Positions 9,301 through 20,100 of a stretch of 21,570 nt of DNA are shown here, piece by piece. Made by a program: the position numbers and the translations under genes. The notes below the pieces were generated by a model, which saw only the letters and a list, made by a program, of their open reading frames with translations, was not told the origin of the DNA and did not search any database. Source of the stretch: Utricularia gibba (Eukaryota; Plantae; Magnoliophyta); NCBI GenBank assembly GCA_002189035.1, contig NEEC01000289.1, forward strand, positions 1 through 21,570, read 5' to 3'. The number at the start of each line of letters is the position of its first letter. Position 1 is the stretch's first letter.

Positions 9301-11424
9301 TTTTGGGGGCTGCCTACATGGTTTTTCAAGGAACAGCTTCTCGTTTTGTGGCGGCCAGTCTCGCTGGGAACTTGGTCCTTGACCCCGATTCTGTATGCTC
9401 ATGAGGTCAACCGGATGCAAATTGATTAATGATGCCTTTGTTTAAATTACGATATCACGTGCACCCACATGATTTTTTCAACAACTTACTTTATACTTGA
9501 GGAGGCGGTCTTGGGTGCACCTAGAACGGGACAAAGGTCAGGTTTGGCTTGCGCCGAGAGTTAGTTGTAGCTCGGAAATAAAGTGATGTATTTATTAACG
9601 TTCAGTTTTTTAAATTAATATCACAACTGCACCCGTTTTGGAGGAGCGGTCTTGGGGTGCACCTAGAACGGGACAAAGGTCAGGTTTGGCTTGCGCCAAC
9701 GTTGGTCCTTGGCTTGAAATATTAGTCATGAGGTCAACCGGATGCAAATCGATTAAAAAAATGATGCAACGTTCAGTTTTGATAGTGGTTTTTCACTCCA
9801 GTACATGGTTTTTCAAGGAACAGCTTCTCGTTTTGTGGCGGCCAGTCTCGCTGGGAACTTGGTCCTTGACCCCGATTATGTATGCTCATGAGGTCAACCG
9901 GATGCAAATCGATTAAAAAATGATGCCTTTTTTAAATTACGATATCACGTGCACCCCACATGATTTTTTCAACAACTTACTTTATACTTGAGGAGGCGGT
10001 CTTGGGTGCACCTGAACGGGACAAAGGTCAGGTTTGGCTTGCGCCGAGAGTTAGTTGTAGCTCGGAAAATAAAGTGATGTATTTATTAACGTTCAGTTTT
10101 GGGGGCTGCCTACATGGTTTTTCAAGGACAGCTTCTCGTTTTGTGGCGGCCAGTCTCGCTGGGAACTTGGTCCTTGACCCCGATTATGTATGGCTCATGA
10201 GGTCAACCGGATGCAAATCGATTAAAAAAATGATGCCTTTGTTTAAATTACGATATCACGTGCACCCACATGATTTTTTCAACAACTTACTTTATACTTG
10301 AGGAGGCGGTCTTGGGGTGCACCTAGAACGGGACAAAGGTCAGGTTTGGCTTGCGCCGAGAGTTAGTTGTAGCTCGGAAAATAAAGTGATGTATTTATTA
10401 ACGTTCAGTTTTTGGGGGCTGCCTACATGGTTTTTCAAGGAACAGCTTCTCGTTTTGTGGCGGCCAGTCTCGCTGGGAACTTGGTCCTGACCCCGATTCT
10501 GTATGGCTCATGAGGTCAACCGGATGCAAATCGATTAAAAAAATGATAAATTACGATATCACGTGCACCCCACATGATTGCTTTATACTTGTGGAGGCGG
10601 TCTTGGGGTGCACGAACGGGACAAAGGTCAGGTTTGGCTTGCGCCGAGTTAGTTGTATCGTAAAGTGATGTATTATTAACGTTCACTGCCTACATGGTTT
10701 TTCAAGGAACAGCTTCTCGTTTTGTGGCGGCCAGTCTCGCTGGGAACTTGGTCCTTGAATTATGTATGCTCATGAGGTCAACCGGATGCACCTTTGTTTA
10801 AATTACGATATCACGTGCACCCCACATGATTTTTTCAACAACTTACTTTATACTTGAGGAGGCGGTCTTGGGGTGCACCTAGAACGGGACAAAGGTCAGG
10901 TTTGGCTTGCGCCGAGAGTTAGTTGTAGCTCGGAAAATAAAGTGATGTATTTATTAACGTTCAGTTTTGGGGGCTGCCTACATGGTTTTTCAAGGAACAG
11001 CTTCTCGTTTTGTGGCGGCCAGTCTCGCTGGGAACTTGGTCCTTGACCCCGATTATGTATTGCTCATGAGGTCAACCGGATGCAAATCGATTAAAAAAAT
11101 GATGCCTTTGTTTAAATTACGATATCACGTGCACCCCACATGATTTTTTCAACAACTTGCTTTATACTTGAGGAGGCGGTCTTGGGGTGCACCTAGAACG
11201 GGACAAAGGTCAGGTTTGGCTTGCGCCGAGAGTTAGTTGTAGCTCGGAAAATAAAGTGATGTATTTATTAACGTTCAGTTTTCGGGGCTGCCTACATGGT
11301 TTTTCAAGGAACAGCTTCTCGTTTTGTGGCGGCCAGTCTCGCTGGGAACTTGGTCCTTGACCCCGATTCTGTATGGCTCATGAGGTCAACCGGATGCAAA
11401 TCGATTAAAAAAAATGATGCCTTT

Positions 11425-11737
11425 GTTTAAATTACGATATCACGTGCACCCCACATGATTTTTTCAACAACTTACTTTATACTTGAGGAGGCGGTCTTGG
11501 GGTGCACCTAGAACGGGACAAAGGTCAGGTTTGGCTTGCGCCGAGAGTTAGTTGTAGCTCGGAAAATAAAGTGATGTATTTATTAACGTTCAGTTTTGGG
11601 GGCTGCCTACATGGTTTTTCAAGGAACAGCTTCTCGTTTTGTGGCGGCCAGTCTCGCTGGGAACTTGGTCCTTGACCCCGATTATGTATGCTCATGAGGT
11701 CAACCGGATGCAAATCGATTAAAAAAATGATGCCTTT
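11425..11737. repeat. Representative near-consensus monomer (313 bp)
   Basis: Differs from my hand consensus only at the variable site near the unit end (ATTATGTATGCTC versus ATTCTGTATGGCTC). Useful as a search query. Confidence 0.95.
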
Positions 11738-11899
11738 GTTTAAATTACGATATCACGTGCACCCCACATGATTTTTTCAACAACTTACTTTATACTTGAG
11801 GAGGCGGTCTTGGGGTGCACCTAGAACGGGACAAAGGTCAGGTTTGGCTTGCGCCGAGAGTTAGTTGTAGCTCGGAAAAAAAGTGATGTATTTATTAAC

Positions 11900-14160
11900 G
11901 TTCAGACATGGTTTTTCAAGGAACAGCTTCTCGTTTTGTGGCGGCCAGTCTCGCTGGAACTTGGTCCTCCCCGATTAATGGCTCATGAGGTCAACCGGAT
12001 GCAAATGATTTGATGCCGATATCACGTGCACCCCACATGATTTTTTCAACAACTGCGGTCTTGGGGTGCACAGAACGGGACAAAGGTCAGGTTTGGCTTG
12101 CGCCGAGAGTTAGTTGTAAAAATAAAGTGATGTATTTATTAACGTTCAGCTTCTCTTCGTGTGGCGGCCAGTCTCGCTGGGAACTTGGTCCTTGACCCCG
12201 ATTATGTATGGCTCATGAGGTCAACCGGATGCAAATCCTTTGTTTAAATTACGATATCACGTGCACCCCACATGATTTTTTCAACAACTTACTTTATACT
12301 TGGGAGGCGGTCTTGGGCACCTAGAACGGGACAAAGGTCAGGTTTGGCTTGCGCGAGAAGTTGTAGCTCGGAAAATAAAGTGATGTATTTATTAACGTTC
12401 AGTTTTGGGGGGCTGCCTACATGGTTTTTCAAGGAACAGCTTCTCGTTTTGTGGCGGCCAGTCTCGCTGGGAACTTGGTCCTTGACCCCGATTCTGTATG
12501 GCTCATGAGGTCAACCGGATGCAAATCGATTAACCCCACATGATTTTTTCAAATGAGGCGGTCTTGGGGTTTGAGAACGGTACAAAGGTGCACCCCACAT
12601 TGGGACAAAGGTCATTACAGGTTTGAGGAGAATCAAGAGTGTATGCGTTCAGTTTTGGGGGCTGCCTACATGGTTTTTCAAGGAACAGCTTCTCGTTTTG
12701 TGGCGGCCAGTCTCGCTGGGAACTTGGTCCTTGACCCAGATTTGGCTCGATGAGAGTCAGTTGTTTTTCTCGGAAATAAAGTGATGTATTTATTAACGTT
12801 CAGTTTTGGGGGCTGCCTACATGGTTTTTCAAGGAACAGCTTCTCGTTTTTGGCGGCCAGTCTCGCTGGGAACTTGGTCCTTGACCCCGATTCTGTATGG
12901 CTCATGAGGTCAACCGGATGCAAATCGGATGCCTTTGTTTAAATTACGATATCACGTGCACCCACATGATTTTTTCAACAACTTACTTTATACTTGAGGA
13001 GGCGGTCTTGGGTGCACCTGAACGGGACAAAGGTCAGGTTTGGCTTGCGCCGAGAGTTAGTTGTAGCTCGGAAAATAAAGTGATGTATTTATTAACGTTC
13101 AGTTTTGGGGGCTGCCTACATGGTTTTTCAAGGAACAGCTTCTCGTTTTTGTGCGGCCAGATCTCGCTGGGATGCTCTTTGTCAAATTACGATATGATTT
13201 TACTCCCAGTTTTTGGGGGATGCAACATTACTTTTACCTTGTGGAACATGGCGTCTTGGGTGTGTCCAGAACTCGCAAACATTTTTTCAACAGATTCTTG
13301 TTGGCTCGGAGGTCATTGGGGACGTTCGGTTTTGGGGGCTGCCTACATGGTTTTTCAAGGAACAGCTTCTCGTTTTGTGGCGGCCAGTCTCGCTGGGAAC
13401 TTGGTCCTTGACCCCGATTCTGTATGCTCATGAGGTCAACCGGATGCCTTTGTTTAAATTACGATATCACGTGCACCCCACATGATTTTTTCAACAACTG
13501 AGGAGGCGGTCTTGGGGTGCACCTTAAAGTTAAAAATATGACGTTCAGTTTTTGGGGGCTGCCACATGGTTTTTCAAGGAACAGCTTCTCGTTTTGTGGC
13601 GGCCAGTCTCGCTGGGAACTTGGTCCTTGACCCCGATTCTGTATGGCTCATGAGGTCAACCGGATGCAAATCGATTAAAAAAAATGATGCCTTTGTTTAA
13701 CTATTACGATTTTTTCAACAACTTACTTTATACTTGAGGAGGCGGTCTTGGGGTGCACCTAGAACGGGACAAAGGTCAGGTTTGGCTTGCGCCGAGAGTT
13801 AGTTGTAGCTCGGAAAATAAAGTGATGTATTTATTAACGTTCAGTTTTGGGGGCTGCCTACATGGTTTTTCAAGGAACAGCTTCTCGATAACTTGTGGAG
13901 CGTCTTTGGATTTTGTTTAAATTACGATATCACGTGCTGATTTTTTCAACGGGACAAGAACGGTCAGGTTTGGCTTGCGCCGAGAGTTAGTTGTAGCACG
14001 GACAAATGGCGGCCAGTCTCGCTGGGAACTTGGTCCTTGACCCCGATTCTGTATGCTCATGAGGTCAACCGGATGCAAATCGATTAAAAAAATGATGCCT
14101 TTCTTTTTGGGATATACATGGTTTTTCACTCGGACAGCACTGATTTTTTCTCGCTGGGAA
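11900..14160. other. Degraded or mosaic segment of the array (truncated copies, out-of-register fragments)
   Basis: Many deletions, plus patches built from scrambled pieces of the unit at about 12530-12650, 12736-12775, 13145-13325, 13520-13545, 13885-14010 and 14100-14150. No clearly foreign sequence. Confidence 0.85.
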
Positions 14161-17100
14161 CTTGGTCCTTGACCCGATTATGTATGCTCATGAGGTCAAC
14201 CGGATGCAAATCGATTAAAAAAATGATGCCTTTGTTTAAATTACGATATCACGTGCACCCCACATGATTTTTTCAACAACTCTTATACTTGAGGAGGCGG
14301 TCTTGGGGTGCACCTAGAACGGGACAAAGGTCAGGTTTGGCTTGCGCCGAGAGTTAGTTGTAGCTCGGAAAATAAAGTGATGTATTTATTAACGTTCAGT
14401 TTTCGGGGCTGCCTACATGGTTTTTCAAGGAACAGCTTCTCGTTTTGTGGCGGCCAGTCTCGCTGGAACTTGGTCCCCCGATTCTGTATGGCTCATGAGG
14501 TCAACCGGATGGAAATTGATTAAAAAAATGATGCCTTTTTTAAATTACGATATCACGTGCACCCACATGATTTTTTCAACAACTTACTTTATACTTGAGG
14601 AGGCGGTCTTGGGGTGCACCTAGAACGGGACAAAGGTCAGGTTTGGCTTGCGCGAGAGTTAGTTGTAGCTCGGAAAAAAGTGATGTATTTATTAACGTTC
14701 AGTTTTCGGGGCTGCCTACATGGTTTTTCAAGGAACAGCTTCTCGTTTTGTGGCGGCCAGTCTCGCTGGGAACTTGGTCCTTGACCCCGATTCTGTATGC
14801 TCATGAGGTCAACCGGATGCAAATCGATTAAAGAAAATGATGCCTTTGTTTAAATTACGATATCACGTGCACCCCACATGATTTTTTCAACAACTTACTT
14901 TATACTTGAGGAGGCGGTCTTGGGGTGCACCTAGAACGGGACAAAGGTCAGGTTTGGCTTGCGCCGAGAGTTAGTTGTAGCTCGGAAAATAAAGTGATGT
15001 ATTTATTAACGTTCAGTTTTGGGGGCTGCCTACATGGTTTTTCAAGGAACAGCTTCTCGTTTTGTGGCGGCCAGTCTCGCTGGGAACTTGGTCCTACCCC
15101 GATTCTGTATGGCTCATGAGGTCAACCGGATGCAAAGATTAAAGAAAATGATGCCTTTGTTTAAATTACGATATCACGTGCACCCCACATGATTTTTTCA
15201 ACAACTTACTTTATACTTGAGGAGGCGGTCTTGGGTGCACCTAGAACGGGACAAAGGTCAGGTTTGGCTTGCGCCGAGAGTTAGTTGTAGCTCGGAAAAA
15301 AGTGATGTATTTATTAACGTTCAGTTTTGGGCTGCCTACATGGTTTTTCAAGGAACAGCTTCTCGTTTTGTGGCGGCCAGTCTCGCTGGGAACTTGGTCC
15401 TCCCCGATTCTGTATGGCTCATGAGGTCAACCGGATGGAAATCGATTAAAAAAAATGATGCCTTTTTTAAATTACGATATCACGTGCACCCCACATGATT
15501 TTTTCAACAACTTGCTTTATACTTGGGAGGCGGTCTTGGGGTGCACCTGAACGGGACAAAGGTCAGGTTTGGCTTGCGCCGAGAGTTAGTTGTAGCTCGG
15601 AAAATAAAGTGATGTATTTATTAACGTTCAGTTTTTGGGGGCTGCCTACATGGTTTTTCAAGGAACAGCTTCTCGTTTTGTGGCGGCCAGTCTCGCTGGG
15701 AACTTGGTCCTTGACCCGATTCTGTATGGCTCATGAGGTCAACCGGATGGAAATCGATTAAAGAAAATGATGCCTTTCTTTAAATTACGATATCACGTGC
15801 ACCCCACATGATTTTTTCAACAACTTACTTTATACTTGAGGAGGCGGTCTTGGGGTGCACCTAGAACGGGACAAAGGTCAGGTTTGGCTTGCGCCGAGAG
15901 TTAGTTGTAGCTCGGAAAATAAAGTGATGTATTTATTAACGTTCAGTTTTTGGGGGCTGCCTACATGGTTTTTCAAATTCTCGTTTTGTGGCGGCCAGTC
16001 TCGCTGGGAACTTGGTCCTTGACCCGATTATGTATTGCTCATGAGGTCAACCGGATGCAAATTGATTAAAAAAAATGATGCCTTTGTTTAAATTACGATA
16101 TCACGTGCACCCCACATGATTTTTTCAACAACTTACTTTATACTTGAGGAGGCGGTCTTGGGGTGCACCTAGAACGGGACAAAGGTCAGGTTTGGCTTGC
16201 GCCGAGAGTTAGTGTAGCTCGGAAAATTATGTATTTATTAACGTTCAGTTTTGGGGGCTGCCTACATGGTTTTTCAAGGAACAGCTTCTCGTTTTGTGGC
16301 GGCCGTCTCGCTGGGAACTTGGTCCTTGACCCCGATTCTGTATGCTCATGAGGTCAACCGGATGCAAATCGATTAAAGAAAATGATGCCTTTGTTTAAAT
16401 TACGATATCACGTGCACCCCACATGATTTTTTCAACAACTTACTTTATACTTGAGGAGGCGGTCTTGGGGTGCAAATCAGGTTTGGCTTGCGCCGAGAGT
16501 TAGTTGTAGCTCGGAAAATAAAGTGATGTATTTATTAACGTTCAGTTTTTGGGGGCTGTGGTTTTTCAAGGAACAGCTTCTCGTTTTGTGGCGGCCAGTC
16601 TCGCTGGGAACTGGTCCTGACCCCGATTATGTATGCTCATGAGGTCAACCGGATTTAAAAAAATGATGCCTTTTTATTACGATATCACGTGCACCCCACA
16701 TGATTTTTTCAACAACTTGCTTTATACTTGAGGAGGCGGTCTTGGGGTGCACCTGGAACGGGACAAAGGTCAGGTTTGGCTTGCGCCGAGAGTTAGTTGT
16801 AGCTCGGAAATAAAGTGATGTATTTATTAACGTTCAGTTTTTGGGGGCTTTGGTTTTTCAAGGAACAGCTTCTCGTTTTGTGGCGGCCAGTCTCGCTGGG
16901 AACTTGGTCCTTGACCCCGATTATGTATTGCTCATGAGGTCTGCAAATTGATTAAAAAAAAATGATGCCTTTGTTAAATTACGATATCACGTGCACCCCA
17001 CATGATTTTTTCAACAACTTACTTTATACTTGAGGAGCGGTCTTGGGGTGCACCTAGAACGGGACAAAGGTCAGGTTTGGCTTGCGCCGAGAGTTAGTTG

Positions 17101-20100
17101 TAGCTCGGAAAATAAAGTGATGTATTTATTAACGTTCAGTTTTGGGGGCTGCCTACATGGTTTTTCAAGGAACAGCTTCTCGTTTTGTGGCGGCCAGTCT
17201 CGCTGGGAACTTGGTCCTTGACCCGATTATGTATTGCTCATGAGGTCAACCGGATGCAAATCGATTAAAAAAAATGATGCCTTTGTTTAAATTACGATAT
17301 CACGTGCACCCCACATGATTTTTTCAACAACTTACTTTATACTTGAGGAGGCGGTCTTGGGGTGCACCTAGAACGGGACAAAGGTCAGGTTTGGCTTGCG
17401 CGAGAGTTAGTTGTAGCTCGGAAAATAAAGTGATGTATTTATTAACGTTCAGTTTTGGGGGCTGCCTACATGGTTTTTCAAGGAACAGCTTCTCGTTTTG
17501 TGGCGGCCAGTCTCGCTGGGAACTTGGTCCTTGACCCCGATTCTGTATGCTCATGAGGTCAACCGGATGCAAATCGATTAAAAAAATGATGCCTTTGTTT
17601 AAATTACGATATCACGTGCACCCCACATGATTTTTTCAACAACTTACTTTATACTTGAGGAGGCGGTCTTGGGTGCACCTAGAACGGGACAAAGGTCAGG
17701 TTTGGCTTGCGCCGAGAGTTAGTTGTAGCTCGGCAAATAAAGTGATGTATTTATTAACGTTCAGTTTTTGGGGGCTGCCTACATGGTTTTTCAAGGAACA
17801 GCTTCTCGTTTTGTGGCGGCCAGTCTCGCTGGGAACTTGGTCCTTGACCCCGATTCTGTATGGCTCATGAGGTCAACCGGATGGAAATCGATTAAAAAAA
17901 TGATGCTTTAAATTACGATATCACGTGCACCCCACATGATTTTTTCAACAACTTACTTTATACTTGAGGAGGCGGTCTTGGGGTGCACCTAGAACGGGAC
18001 AAAGGTCAGGTTTGGCTTGCGCCGAGAGTTAGTTGTAGCTCGGAAATAAAGTGATGTATTTATTAACGTTCAGTTTTTGGGGGCTGCCTACATGGTTTTT
18101 CAAGGAACAGCTTCTCGTTTTGTGGCGGCCAGTCTCGCTGGGAACTTGGTCCTTGACCCGATTATGTATTGCTCATGAGGTCAACCGGATGCAAATTGAT
18201 TAAAAAAAATGATGCCTTTTTTAAATTACGATATCACGTGCACCCCACATGATTTTTTCAACAACTTACTTTATACTTGAGGAGGCGGTCTTGGGTGCAC
18301 CTAGAACGGGACAAAGGTCAGGTTTGGCTTGCGCGAGAGTTAGTTGTAGCTCGGAAAATAAAGTGATGTATTTATTAACGTTCAGTTTTGGGGCTGCCTA
18401 CATGGTTTTTCAAGGAACAGCTTCTCGTTTTGTGGCGGCCAGTCTCGCTGGGAACTTGGTCCTTGACCCCGATTATGTATTGCTCATGAGGTCAACCGGA
18501 TGCAAATTGATTAAAAAAAATGATGCCTTTGTTAAATTACGATATCACGTGCACCCCACATGATTTTTTCAACAACTTACTTTATACTTGAGGAGGCGGT
18601 CTTGGGGTGCACCTAGAACGGGACAAAGGTCAGGTTTGGCTTGCGCGAGAGTTAGTTGTAGCTCGGAAAATAAAGTGATGTATTTATTAACGTTCAGTTT
18701 TGGGGGCTGCCTACATGGTTTTTCAAGGAACCTTCTCGTTTTGTGGCGGCCAGTCTCGCTGGGAATTGGTCCTTGACCCCGATTCTGTATGCTCATGAGG
18801 TCAACCGGATGCAAATCGATTAAAGAAAATGATGCCTTTTGTTTAAATTACGATATCACGTGCACCCCACATGATTTTTTCAACAACTTACTTTATACTT
18901 GAGGAGGCGGTCTTGGGGTGCACCTAGAACGGGACAAAGGTCAGGTTTGGCTTGCGCCGAGAGTTAGTTGTAGCTCGGAAAATAAAGTGATGTATTTATT
19001 AACGTTCAGTTTTTGGGGGCTGCCTACATGGTTTTTCAAGGAACAGCTTCTCGTTTTGTGGCGGCCAGTCTCGCTGGGAACTTGGTCCTTGACCCCGATT
19101 CTGTATGCTCATGAGGTCAACCGGATGCAAATCGATTAAAAAAATGATGCCTTTGTTTAAATTACGATATCACGTGCACCCCACATGATTTTTTCAACAA
19201 CTTACTTATACTTGAGGAGCGGTCTTGGGTGCACCTAGAACGGACAAAGGTCAGGTTTGGCTTGCGCGAGAGTTAGTTGTAGCTCGGAAAATAAAGTGAT
19301 GTATTTATTAACGTTCAGTTTTTGGGGCTGCCTACATGGTTTTTCAAGGAACAGCTTCTCGTTTTGTGGCGGCCAGTCTCGCTGGGAACTTGGTCCTGAC
19401 CCCGATTCTGTATGGCTCATGAGGTCAACCGGATGGAAATTCGATTAAAAAAATGATGCCTTGTTTAAATTACGATATCACGTGCACCCCACATGATTTT
19501 TTCAACAACTTACTTTATACTTGAGGAGGCGGTCTTGGGTGCACCGAACGGGACAAAGGTCAGGTTTGGCTTGCGGAGAGTTAGTTGTAGCTCGGAAAAT
19601 AAAGTGATGTATTTATTAACGTTCAGTTTTGGGGGCTGCCTACATGGTTTTCAAGGAACAGCTTCTCGTTTGTGGCGGCCAGTCTCGCTGGGAACTTGGT
19701 CCTTGACCCCGATTCTGTATGGCTCATGAGGTCAACCGGATGCAAATTGATTAAAAAAATGATGCCTTTGTTTAAATTACGATATCACGTGCACCCCACA
19801 TGATTTTTTCAACAACTTACTTTATACTTGAGGAGGCGGTCTTGGGGTGCACCTAGAACGGGACAAAGGTCAGGTTTGGCTTGCGGAGAGTTAGTTGTAG
19901 CTCGGAAAATAAAGTGATGTATTTATTAACGTTCAGTTTTTGGGGGCTGCCTACATGGTTTTTCAAGGAACAGCTTCTCGTTTTGTGGCGGCCAGTCTCG
20001 CTGGAACTTGGTCCTTGACCCGATTCTGTATGGCTCATGAGGTCAACCGGATGCAAATTGATTAAAAAAAATGATGCCTTTGTTTAAATTACGATATCAC

